Translations under genes and position numbers: made by a program | Notes under the pieces: model-generated | What the model was told of the DNA's origin: nothing | Seen by the model: only the letters and a program-made list of their open reading frames with translations | Databases searched by the model: none | Part shown: positions 37,238-45,375 of the stretch, one piece after another | Layout: each line of letters begins with the position of its first letter | How positions within the stretch are numbered: the stretch's first letter is position 1 | Source: Candidatus Omnitrophota bacterium | GTDB lineage: Bacteria; Omnitrophota; Gorgyraeia; B26-G9 | Reading direction: 5' to 3' | Length of the DNA: 62,847 nt | Assembly: GCA_043826565.1 (NCBI GenBank) | Contig: JBDRPX010000022.1 | Coordinates: 1-62,847 of the forward strand

Positions 37238-37346
37238 CAGATGACAGAAGTCAGAAGACAGAGGACATACGACAGAATGTTTTAAGTCACAAGTCACAAG
37301 CTGCAAGTAGAAAACCGGAAAACAAGTAATAAGTGGTAAGGATTAA
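37238..37346 (+). repeat. two adjacent 7-nt phased arrays (CAGANNN x6, then AAGTCAC-type x9)
   Basis: 37238-37279: CAGATGA CAGAAGT CAGAAGA CAGAGGA CATACGA CAGAATG. 37284-37346: AAGTCAC AAGTCAC AAGCTGC AAGTAGA AAACCGG AAAACAA GTAATAA GTGGTAA GGATTAA. Confidence 0.85.
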
Positions 37347-37372
37347 GAATTTCTGGGTCTTGAGACTGGTTT

Positions 37373-38890
37373 ATGAAAATGGATTTTAATAAAAATATAT
37401 ATAAGTTTATAAGTGTTTCGATCATTGCCTTCTGGCTGGTAATGATGGGAATATTAATTTCCCGCAATGTTATTTTTACTAACCGGGTAAAAGATTATCA
37501 GCCGTTTCTTTCCAAAGATACACTTCTTTCCGATCAGTGGATGGGAATTTATTTTAATAATGCGTCTGTTGGTTTTGTGCATACCTCCATTGAACCTTTT
37601 CAGATAAAAGCCGGGGTTTCCGGATTCCGCATTGTAAACCGTACGAATATGAATTTTTTATTGCTTAGAAAGCGGCAAAAGGTCTGGTTCGGCGCCGAAG
37701 CTATTGTCGACGAGGATTATCAAATGCGCAGTTTTGATTTTAATCTGCGTTCCGGTGCGCACAGTATGAATGTAAAGGGAGTTGTTACGGGTGGAAGTGT
37801 AATGAATTTGGAAATTGATTCTCAAGGAAGGGTCATTAAAAAACAAATTATCCTGCCCCAGCGCGAAGGTGTGATCTTAGCGAATATAATCAGTCCGTTC
37901 AGTTCCTTTGGTAAGCTTTCGGTAGGCGCGCATTATAAACTGCAGGTATTTAACCCGTTCAGTCTGGAACTGGAGCCTTTGGAGATAGTTGTTTCCGGAA
38001 AAGATGAAATTGAATATGCGGGGAAGCTGACGGAAGTTTTTGTGGTAAAGTCGGATTACCGCGGTTATGAGCAGACCGCCTGGATCAATGCTCAGGGCGA
38101 GGTATTAAAGGAAGAAACAGCTTTAGGCTGGATCCTTGTTAAAGAATCTCCGGATACCGCCAGTAAAATGTTCAGCAGTTTTTCTAAAACAGATCTAGAG
38201 TTGGCGGATTTTGTCTCGATTGTTCCGAATGTCTTGCTGGAAAATCCGGATGCTGATTATTTAAAGGTTTCAGTTTCCGGGATTGGTGATGATTTTAATC
38301 TGGAAAGTAGCCGTCAGAAAATTTTAGAAACTACTGAGGATAACAAAAAAGTTTTGGAAATCATCCGGCAAACCATGGATATTACTCAGGCATTGCCTTT
38401 GCCGGTGACGGAATATCCGGACTTACTTAAAGGTTCTGAGTTTTTACAGATCGATGATGAAAATATTAAAAAAACCGCCCAAAAAATAATCGGTAAGGAA
38501 ACCAATAGTTTTGTCGCCGCGAGAATGATCAATACCTGGGTTTATAATAATATCCGGAAAGTTCCGGTGGTAAGTATTCCTTCGGCTTTGGATGTTTTAA
38601 TGACCAGAGAAGGCGATTGCAATGAACATACGATTTTGTTTACTGCTTTGGCGCGGGCAGTGGGCATTCCGGCACAGATCAATGTCGGGCTTACTTATAC
38701 TGGAGGCCGGTTTTATTATCATGCCTGGCCGAGTGTGTATGTGGGTAAATGGATAGAGATGGACCCTACGTTTGGACAGGATTTTGTGGATGTTTCCCAT
38801 ATAAAACTTTTAGAAGGAGATCTGAATAAGCAATTGGACATTATTAAGCTTATCGGCAAGATTTCCGTGGAGGTGATTGAGTACAGATGA
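37373..38890 (+). CDS. membrane-anchored transglutaminase-like domain protein
   Basis: N-terminal TM. C-terminal transglutaminase-like core REGDCNEHTILFTALARAVGIP ... YHAWPSVY. Confidence 0.8.
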   Translation: MKMDFNKNIYKFISVSIIAFWLVMMGILISRNVIFTNRVKDYQPFLSKDTLLSDQWMGIYFNNASVGFVHTSIEPFQIKAGVSGFRIVNRTNMNFLLLRKRQKVWFGAEAIVDEDYQMRSFDFNLRSGAHSMNVKGVVTGGSVMNLEIDSQGRVIKKQIILPQREGVILANIISPFSSFGKLSVGAHYKLQVFNPFSLELEPLEIVVSGKDEIEYAGKLTEVFVVKSDYRGYEQTAWINAQGEVLKEETALGWILVKESPDTASKMFSSFSKTDLELADFVSIVPNVLLENPDADYLKVSVSGIGDDFNLESSRQKILETTEDNKKVLEIIRQTMDITQALPLPVTEYPDLLKGSEFLQIDDENIKKTAQKIIGKETNSFVAARMINTWVYNNIRKVPVVSIPSALDVLMTREGDCNEHTILFTALARAVGIPAQINVGLTYTGGRFYYHAWPSVYVGKWIEMDPTFGQDFVDVSHIKLLEGDLNKQLDIIKLIGKISVEVIEYR

Positions 38891-39612
38891 TAAAAACAGA
38901 AAATCTTACAAAAGAATTCGGAGATTTAATCGCGGTTAATGATCTGTCCCTGGATATCAAAGAAGGGGAGTTTTTTGCGTTTTTGGGCCCTAATGCCGCG
39001 GGTAAAACCACAACTATTAAACTGCTTACCGGTTTATTAGCACCGACTAAAGGCCGGGCGTATATCTGCGGTTATGATATGCAGACTAATTATATTGAAG
39101 CGAAGCGCCTGATAAGTTATATCCCGGATTTTCCTTATCTTTATGAAAAGCTTACGGCCCGGGAATTTCTTAATTTTGTCTGTGAATTGTATTCACGTCA
39201 GGATATGAAGAAACAGCAGGAGGAGATTAGCGAACTTTTAAGTGTTTTTGGGTTAGAAGAGCATCAGCATAATTTAGTGGAGCAGTATTCGCATGGGATG
39301 CGCCAGAAACTGGTTTTTGCGGCGTCTTTAATTCATGATCCCCGGGTTATGATCATTGATGAGCCCATGGTGGGATTAGACCCTCATTCTTCAAGGGTGG
39401 TCAAAGATATTTTAAAGAAAAAATCTAAGGACGGGGTGACGATCTTTTTGTCGACGCATACGCTTAGTGTGGCTGAGGAGCTGGCCGACCGGATCGCGAT
39501 CATTGATCACGGCAAGCTTCTGGCTGTGGGAACGCAGGCGGAATTGGAGAGATCTTCCGGGGCAAAAGGGAAATTGGAAGACATTTTCTTGAGATTAACG
39601 GAAGAGGAATAG
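38887..39612 (+). CDS. ABC transporter ATP-binding protein
   Basis: Walker A GPNAAGKTT, signature-like YSHGMRQKL, Walker B MIIDEP. ATGA overlap with the upstream gene. Confidence 0.9.
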   Translation: MIKTENLTKEFGDLIAVNDLSLDIKEGEFFAFLGPNAAGKTTTIKLLTGLLAPTKGRAYICGYDMQTNYIEAKRLISYIPDFPYLYEKLTAREFLNFVCELYSRQDMKKQQEEISELLSVFGLEEHQHNLVEQYSHGMRQKLVFAASLIHDPRVMIIDEPMVGLDPHSSRVVKDILKKKSKDGVTIFLSTHTLSVAEELADRIAIIDHGKLLAVGTQAELERSSGAKGKLEDIFLRLTEEE

Positions 39613-39646
39613 AGACGAAAGACACAAGACACAAGACACAAGGGGG
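39612..39646 (+). repeat. 7-nt phased array (AAGACAC x3 plus degenerate units), left flank of the Avd-like gene
   Basis: GAGACGA AAGACAC AAGACAC AAGACAC AAGGGGG, read directly. Confidence 0.85.
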
Positions 39647-39660
39647 ACGATAGGTGAATT

Positions 39661-40023
39661 ATGAGGAGAAATTTTAGAAATATAAAAGCATGGCAGCGTT
39701 CAGATGATATGGTGATGTTGGTTTATAAGAAAAGCAGATCTTTTCCCCGAGAAGAATTGTATGGCTTGACTTCTCAGTTAAGAAGAGCAGCTTTATCGGT
39801 TCCAACAAATATTGCGGAGGGAGCAAGCAGAGACTTCCAAAAGGAATATCTTCAATTTTTAAATATAGCTAGTGGTTCAATTTCTGAGGTAGAGTATTTG
39901 TTGCATGTATCAAAAAGATTAAATTATTTAAATGAAAAAGATTATTTTGAGATAGAAATTGCTAGGAAAGAAGCAGCTAAACTTTTGCATGGACTTATTG
40001 TTTCTGTGAAAAATGACAAATAA
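39661..40023 (+). CDS. four-helix-bundle protein (23S rRNA intervening-sequence protein / Avd-like family)
   Basis: IKAWQRSDDMVMLVYK, YGLTSQLRRAALSVPTNIAEG and GSISEVEYLL are hallmark blocks of this family. 120 aa. GGTGA RBS. Confidence 0.85.
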   Translation: MRRNFRNIKAWQRSDDMVMLVYKKSRSFPREELYGLTSQLRRAALSVPTNIAEGASRDFQKEYLQFLNIASGSISEVEYLLHVSKRLNYLNEKDYFEIEIARKEAAKLLHGLIVSVKNDK

Positions 40024-40039
40024 ATCTAGAATTTTTTAT

Positions 40040-40074
40040 CCTGAGTCTTGAGTCCTGAGTCTTGAGTCTTATTT
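40040..40074 (+). repeat. 7-nt phased array CCTGAGT CTTGAGT CCTGAGT CTTGAGT CTTATTT, right flank of the Avd-like gene
   Basis: The reverse complement (ACTCAAG/ACTCAGG) differs from the left-flank word ACACAAG at one or two positions per heptamer, giving an imperfect inverted repeat. Confidence 0.85.
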
Positions 40075-40088
40075 GTGAGAAAATATCT

Positions 40089-41768
40089 ATGAATATAATT
40101 AATTCAATATTTAATCTTAGAATTCGTATTTTGCACAATAAATTCGCGAATGTGCGCAGCCATTCAAAACTGAAGATATTGTTTGTCCTGTTTATGGCTG
40201 TGGGTATTATCGCGGGGATATTCTATGTGCCGTACCGGGCTTTTTTATTTTTGCAGTCCATGGGGCATTTAGGTTCGGTGATCATTGAAAGATTGATGTA
40301 TTTGTTGTTTATGGGCTTGTTCGTGATGCTCATTTTTTCCAACTGCATAATCTGCTATTCCACGAATTACCGGGCTAAGGAGACGGATTATTTCTTTTCT
40401 CTGCCCATAGATTTTCAAAGTATTTTTTTTATAAAATCTTTTGATTCATTAGTTATGAGTTCCTGGGCATTTTTGTGTTTTCTTCTGCCGATAATGGCCG
40501 CTTATGCTCTGGTGAATCATCTGGGTTTATTTTTTTATGTGTCTTTAATTGTATTTTTCATTCCGTTCGCAATAATTGCTTGCTGTATCGGCTGTACGGT
40601 TACCATGTTCATTGTGCGGTTTTTACCGCGTAAGCTGTATAAATTTTTAGCTATAATTATCGGTTCGGTATTTGCTGGGGGTATAGTCTGGATGATCATC
40701 ACCGGTAAAGCCGCGGCCAAGACGGAAAATGAATTTATGTTTTTACTGACGAATATAATCCCGCAGTTCGGCTTTACCCAATTTGTGTTCGCGCCGAATT
40801 ACTGGATCAGTGAAGGGTTGTTTAATGCTATTTCCTGTGATTATAAAAGCAGTTTATTCTGGTGGTTATTGCTTATGAGTAATGCTTTGTTTTTAGGCCA
40901 GGTAATGCTGTTTTTCTCAAAAAAATTCTATTATCCGGGATGGGTGGGAGCAGCGTCTGCAGGCTCGGTGAAAAAATATTTACCGGGAAAGAGTTTAAGC
41001 GAAAAGTTCTCGCGCCGGCTTTGGTTTGTGGACCCGTGGATGCGCAGTATTATTGTTAAGGATATTAAGGTGTTCTGGCGGGATCCGTTGCAGTGGACGC
41101 AGTTTTCCGTGTTTTTCGGCTTGCTGGCGATCTATTTCGCGAATATTCGCAATTTCGGTTATGAAAGCCTGATCCCGTTTTGGAAAAATATAATCAGTTT
41201 TTTAAATCTCTCTTCAACTAATCTGACTTTAGCGTCATTATCCGTGCGTTTTGTTTTTCCCCAGCTTAGTTTAGAAGGCAAGCGGTTTTGGATATTAAGG
41301 CTGGCGCCGATAAAAAAGGAAAGCCTTTTATATGAAAAATTCTGGCTCAATAGTATTATCGCGCTGTTTATCAGTTTGCCTTTAATCGTGCTTTCTAATC
41401 TGATGCTGGAAGTATCGGCGCAGTTAATGGTTTTATCGATCATTGTGGTGATCCTGATGTGTTTTTCTCTGATCAGTCTTTGTGTGGGCTTAGGAGCAAT
41501 ATTTCCTAATTTTAAGGAAGATAATCCAGCGCAGATCGTTTCCGGGTTCGGCGGAACCCTGGCTTTGATCTTATGCCTGTTATATATCGCGGTTAACGTG
41601 GCGGCTTTGGCCGCGCCATACCATTTATTAGCTACGGAGCAGATCGGGCCGGAGTTTTTCCATAAACTTCTGTTTATCGCCGGAAGTTTTGTGTTTCTCT
41701 TAAGCGGCCTAACCATCGGCTTATCCCTGTTTTTCGGCTGCCGGGCATTAAAACGGCTGGAATTGTAA
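40089..41768 (+). CDS. putative ABC exporter permease (multi-pass membrane protein)
   Basis: About 12 or more hydrophobic helices. Follows the ABC ATPase. ATG 40089 preferred over the track start at TTG 40062, which lies inside the heptamer array. Confidence 0.6.
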   Translation: MNIINSIFNLRIRILHNKFANVRSHSKLKILFVLFMAVGIIAGIFYVPYRAFLFLQSMGHLGSVIIERLMYLLFMGLFVMLIFSNCIICYSTNYRAKETDYFFSLPIDFQSIFFIKSFDSLVMSSWAFLCFLLPIMAAYALVNHLGLFFYVSLIVFFIPFAIIACCIGCTVTMFIVRFLPRKLYKFLAIIIGSVFAGGIVWMIITGKAAAKTENEFMFLLTNIIPQFGFTQFVFAPNYWISEGLFNAISCDYKSSLFWWLLLMSNALFLGQVMLFFSKKFYYPGWVGAASAGSVKKYLPGKSLSEKFSRRLWFVDPWMRSIIVKDIKVFWRDPLQWTQFSVFFGLLAIYFANIRNFGYESLIPFWKNIISFLNLSSTNLTLASLSVRFVFPQLSLEGKRFWILRLAPIKKESLLYEKFWLNSIIALFISLPLIVLSNLMLEVSAQLMVLSIIVVILMCFSLISLCVGLGAIFPNFKEDNPAQIVSGFGGTLALILCLLYIAVNVAALAAPYHLLATEQIGPEFFHKLLFIAGSFVFLLSGLTIGLSLFFGCRALKRLEL

Positions 41769-41816
41769 TCCCTTTAAATTTGCTTGAACTTGTGGTACAC
41801 TATATCATAGAAAATA

Positions 41817-41897
41817 AGGGCCATTCTTATTCAGGGTGAAAGAGTGTAGAATGACCCTGATTACAGTGATTAAAAAATTGATTACACCGATTGGATA
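41817..41897 (+). repeat. 81-bp direct repeat, copy 1 (upstream of PilZ 41960)
   Basis: AGGGCCATTCTTATTCAGGGTGAAAGAGTGTAGAATGACCCTGATTACAGTGATTAAAAAATTGATTACACCGATTGGATA. About 7 mismatches to copy 2, by eye. Confidence 0.9.
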
Positions 41898-41959
41898 ATT
41901 TATCTTAGGAGGCAGGGAGCGGTAGGAAAACAAGATCTTCTTAACTTTAAGGAGGAAAC

Positions 41960-42445
41960 ATGGGTTTACCGCGGATTTTAAGAACCGGACGGGTTATGGT
42001 CCGGAAATTACGTAATGAAATCAATAAGCGTAAAAAGAATTTGCTCTCGTTTCAGCAGGCAGCCGGTAAACATGTTCTCCAGAGATCAAAGGTTATAATT
42101 GACGACCGCAGGAAATATTTCCGGCTGGAAGCTTTGCTTGATGGAACCTTTAATACTGCCTCCGGGAATAAGGGCTTGATCATGCTTAAGGACATCACCC
42201 GTGATGGGATCCGCGCCTGCCTGGATAAAAAAGTTAATATCGGACAATTAATTAATATGGAAATATGGTTCCCGGGAAAGGTGGCTACAGCTTATGCTCA
42301 GGGAAAAGTTGTCTGGCTTAGGAAAAGCAAAAAGGACTGGGCCGGCAAGTTTGACGCGGGTGTTAGATTTGAAAGAATGGCTCCGGATGATAAATACCGC
42401 ATATTAGATTATGCGTATGAATACTGGAAACAAGCAAAAATTTAG
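41960..42445 (+). CDS. PilZ domain protein (c-di-GMP receptor-type)
   Basis: AAGGAGG RBS. RKYFR (RxxxR) and DITRDG (DxS/TxxG) motifs. The C-terminal half is paralogous to the PilZ protein at 36922. Confidence 0.8.
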   Translation: MGLPRILRTGRVMVRKLRNEINKRKKNLLSFQQAAGKHVLQRSKVIIDDRRKYFRLEALLDGTFNTASGNKGLIMLKDITRDGIRACLDKKVNIGQLINMEIWFPGKVATAYAQGKVVWLRKSKKDWAGKFDAGVRFERMAPDDKYRILDYAYEYWKQAKI

Positions 42446-42524
42446 GGCCATTATTATTTCGGGTGAAATACTGTAGAATGACCCTGATTACAATGATTAA
42501 AAAATTGATTACACCGATTGGATA
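42444..42524 (+). repeat. 81-bp direct repeat, copy 2 (starts within the PilZ stop codon)
   Basis: See copy 1. Confidence 0.9.
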
Positions 42525-42531
42525 GAATAAT

Positions 42532-42567
42532 ATCTTTGTAATCCTTTAAAAATCTCTGCAATCAGGT
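42532..42567 (-). repeat. inverted partial copy of the GATTACA-word element
   Basis: ATCTTTGTAATC...ATCTCTGCAATCAGGT. It pairs in nested fashion with 42484-42511 (outer 11/14 matches, inner perfect 7 bp GATTACA/TGTAATC). Confidence 0.8.
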
Positions 42568-42608
42568 TCTTTTATCCAATTTAAACAAAAAAGAACCAAA
42601 ATTTAAAA

Positions 42609-44030
42609 ATGAAACAATATTGGAATAAGACTAAGGTGATCTGCACTATCGGGCCGGCGTCTGCTGAGCCCGATATTTTAAAAAAGATGATTCTGGCCGG
42701 GATGGATGTGGCCAGGTTTAATTTTTCCCACGGAGTCCCTTCTGAACACGTTATCAAGATCCGGATGCTGCAAGCTCTGGCGGCTAAACTGAAAATGCCC
42801 ACCGCAATTTTGCAGGATCTGCCCGGGCCGAAAATTCGTATCGGTTTATTAAAGGATAATGTTTTAGTGCTAAAAGAAGGCCAGAAGTTTTTCCTGACCA
42901 GTAAAAAGATCATGGGTACGGCTAGCGGCGTACACTTAAATAATCCAAAATTTTTGAAGTCCTTAAAGCCGAATAATCTTGTCTACCTTAATGACGGCCT
43001 GGTAAAGCTTATTGTTAAAAAGACCAGAAAAGATACGGTTGATTGTGAAGTTGTTGCCGGAGGAAAAATCTATTCTAAAAAAGGCGTGAACTGTCCGGGG
43101 AAAATATATGATTTTGACCCGGTAACTCCGTATGATTTTAAATGCCTTAAATACGGGATCAAGGCCGGAGTTGATTTTGTGGCGGTTTCTTTTGTCCAGC
43201 GGGCCGAAGATATCCTGAAAGTAAAAAAATATTTAAAAAAACACGGCAGTACGGCTTTAATTATCGCTAAGATCGAGAGAAAAGTAGCGTTTGATAATAT
43301 TGATCAGATTATTAAAGTCAGTGACGCGGTTATGGTGGCGAGGGGAGATTTGGGGATCGAGGCAAATTTAGAAGAAGTTCCGTTTTTACAAAAAGAAATT
43401 ATCAGTAAATGCAATGTTCTGGGGCGTCCGGTGATTACCGCGACCCAGATGCTTGATTCAATGGTGACCAATCCGCGTCCGACACGAGCTGAGGTTACGG
43501 ATATTGCTAATGCGATAATTGATGGAACTGATGCTTTAATGCTTTCTGAAGAAACAGCTATCGGGAAGTATCCGGTAAATACAATACAGGTAATGCTGAA
43601 TATTGCCTTAAAGACCGAGGGAAAAAGAAAAAGTTTTGCTAGGCCGGTTAGTTTTTCCGTGTGCGAAGATGCCGGGCTGGTAAAAGAACTTAGCCGTTCC
43701 GCGGTTTATGTAGCGAATAATTTAGCGGCTAAAGCGATTGTTGTACCCACGAATAATGTGCATTCTGTATCCTGGTTAAGCCGCTTGCGTCCGGATAGTG
43801 TGGTTGCCGGGGTTACCAGCGATAAGGAAGTGTTTAAGAAATTAATACTTTTCTGGGGCGTGTATCCGCAGTTGGTTAAAAAGTTTGGTGGTCTGCGGGA
43901 TACATTGAAAATGAGTATTGATATTCTCAGACACAAAGGTATGCTTAAGAAAAAAGATAATGTTGTGATACTATTAACCGACGATAATCACCTGTTTTCG
44001 TCAAATATTATGGAAGTGCGAAGGGTGTAG
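42609..44030 (+). CDS. pyk: pyruvate kinase
   Basis: KTKVICTIGPAS, FNFSHG, MVARGDLGIE. Length 473 aa. Confidence 0.95.
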   Translation: MKQYWNKTKVICTIGPASAEPDILKKMILAGMDVARFNFSHGVPSEHVIKIRMLQALAAKLKMPTAILQDLPGPKIRIGLLKDNVLVLKEGQKFFLTSKKIMGTASGVHLNNPKFLKSLKPNNLVYLNDGLVKLIVKKTRKDTVDCEVVAGGKIYSKKGVNCPGKIYDFDPVTPYDFKCLKYGIKAGVDFVAVSFVQRAEDILKVKKYLKKHGSTALIIAKIERKVAFDNIDQIIKVSDAVMVARGDLGIEANLEEVPFLQKEIISKCNVLGRPVITATQMLDSMVTNPRPTRAEVTDIANAIIDGTDALMLSEETAIGKYPVNTIQVMLNIALKTEGKRKSFARPVSFSVCEDAGLVKELSRSAVYVANNLAAKAIVVPTNNVHSVSWLSRLRPDSVVAGVTSDKEVFKKLILFWGVYPQLVKKFGGLRDTLKMSIDILRHKGMLKKKDNVVILLTDDNHLFSSNIMEVRRV

Positions 44031-44086
44031 GTAACAAGTTACAGGTGACAAGTTACAGGTGACAAGTGACAGGTTAAAAGCTAAAA
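44031..44086 (+). repeat. 7-nt phased array GTAACAA GTTACAG GTGACAA GTTACAG GTGACAA GTGACAG GTTAAAA GCTAAAA
   Basis: Starts at the first base after the pyk stop codon. 14-nt super-unit GTTACAGGTGACAA x2. Confidence 0.9.
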
Positions 44087-44116
44087 ATCGAAAATAAAAT
44101 ATATGAAATATAAAGA

Positions 44117-45370
44117 ATGAAAAATTTATTGAGAATTTTTATTATAGTTGTTTATGTTTTTCTTAGTTTAAGTAATGTCTATGCCTCCGAAGAAGCTTTC
44201 CCGGTGATAACATCTGTATATCCGGAATACGGTGCTTCGAGTATTGATACAACGATTAAAATATCAATTTCTTTTAGCGGCCCCATGGATAAGCGTTCGG
44301 TTGAGGATATGTTTTATATTTTCCCGGAGATCAAAGGTAAATTCAAGTGGGATGGAAATACTCTGAAATTTGAACCTCAGAAGCCGTTACTGCCGTCAAC
44401 CTCGTATTTTGTCAGCTTTACATCCAGCATTAAATCCAGCGCGGGTATGCCTGTGATCTTAACCTATTTTAGTACTACTCCCCAAGCGCTTTGTGTCGGC
44501 CCGGACGGGAATATTCAGATTGTCGGTCTGAATAAGCAGGTAGAGAAACTTGATGTGCAGGGGAATAATCCGGTGTGGTCGGCGGATAATAGCCGGATAG
44601 TCTATGATTATGAGGGAGATATCTGGACAGTTTACAGTAATGGTAAGCAGAAGGAAAAGCTGACGGAGGATGAAACGATTACCGCGACTAATCCTTTATG
44701 GAATCCTCATGTTGATCTAATCGCGTTTGTGGGAAATAATGCTGCCGACGTAGCTAATATTTATATGGTGGAGCCGGAATCAAAAATTGTTACTCAGCTT
44801 ACGGCTTTTTTTCAGCCGACTACGATTAATGAAATTAAATGGTCACCGGACGGATTGTATTGTGCTTTTTTAAGAGACGGCCAGATATGGATCATGGATC
44901 CCGACGGAAATAATATGCGCCGGCTTACTACTGATGATTTAAACTGTAAAGGCAATTTTTCCTGGTCTCCGGCCGGGACAAAGATAGCTTTCTCCGGAGA
45001 TCTTAATGTGTGGGTCGGGGATATTTATTCTTTTGAGTTTAGGAAAATGTCTTTTGATAATACGAAGACTGGTAAGCTGGATTGGTCAAAGAGCAATATG
45101 GTAGTTTTTGAGTCGGAAGGGATAACCATAATGGAAGCTGACGGAAGCAGTGAAATTCAGATTGCGACTGCCGGTAAAGAGCCGTTGTGGATCAATTCCG
45201 GAAAGCATTTAAGTTATATCCTGCCTTTGCATAATCAGGAAAACACATCTCAGCTGTGGCTGCTGAGTTCTGACGGACTGACTAAAGAGAAAATCGCGGT
45301 TATCGGCGCGCAGAGCAATTCGGTCGCCTGGTCTAAAAATATCGGTTTTAAACTTCCTCAAGCTAAGTAA
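44117..45370 (+). CDS. secreted protein: Ig-like (SbsA-type) domain + TolB-like beta-propeller
   Basis: Signal peptide. N-terminal VITSVYPEYGASSIDT...ISFSGPMD pattern of bacterial Ig-like domains. Repeated W(S/N)PDG / WSP.G propeller blades. Confidence 0.6.
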   Translation: MKNLLRIFIIVVYVFLSLSNVYASEEAFPVITSVYPEYGASSIDTTIKISISFSGPMDKRSVEDMFYIFPEIKGKFKWDGNTLKFEPQKPLLPSTSYFVSFTSSIKSSAGMPVILTYFSTTPQALCVGPDGNIQIVGLNKQVEKLDVQGNNPVWSADNSRIVYDYEGDIWTVYSNGKQKEKLTEDETITATNPLWNPHVDLIAFVGNNAADVANIYMVEPESKIVTQLTAFFQPTTINEIKWSPDGLYCAFLRDGQIWIMDPDGNNMRRLTTDDLNCKGNFSWSPAGTKIAFSGDLNVWVGDIYSFEFRKMSFDNTKTGKLDWSKSNMVVFESEGITIMEADGSSEIQIATAGKEPLWINSGKHLSYILPLHNQENTSQLWLLSSDGLTKEKIAVIGAQSNSVAWSKNIGFKLPQAK

Positions 45371-45375
45371 TAAAA

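Noticed and set aside
39661-40023. Avd-like four-helix-bundle gene as a marker of a diversity-generating retroelement
   Set aside because: There is no reverse transcriptase and no template/variable repeat pair in the window. The family also occurs independently of DGRs.
41159-41716. Long minus-strand ORFs antisense to annotated genes (this one, plus 4538-4900, 58008-58388, 30371-30706, 3353-3673, 7320-7628 and others in the track)
   Set aside because: They lie fully inside well-supported + strand genes with recognisable families, have low-complexity or odd composition, and lack RBSs. They are typical shadow ORFs.
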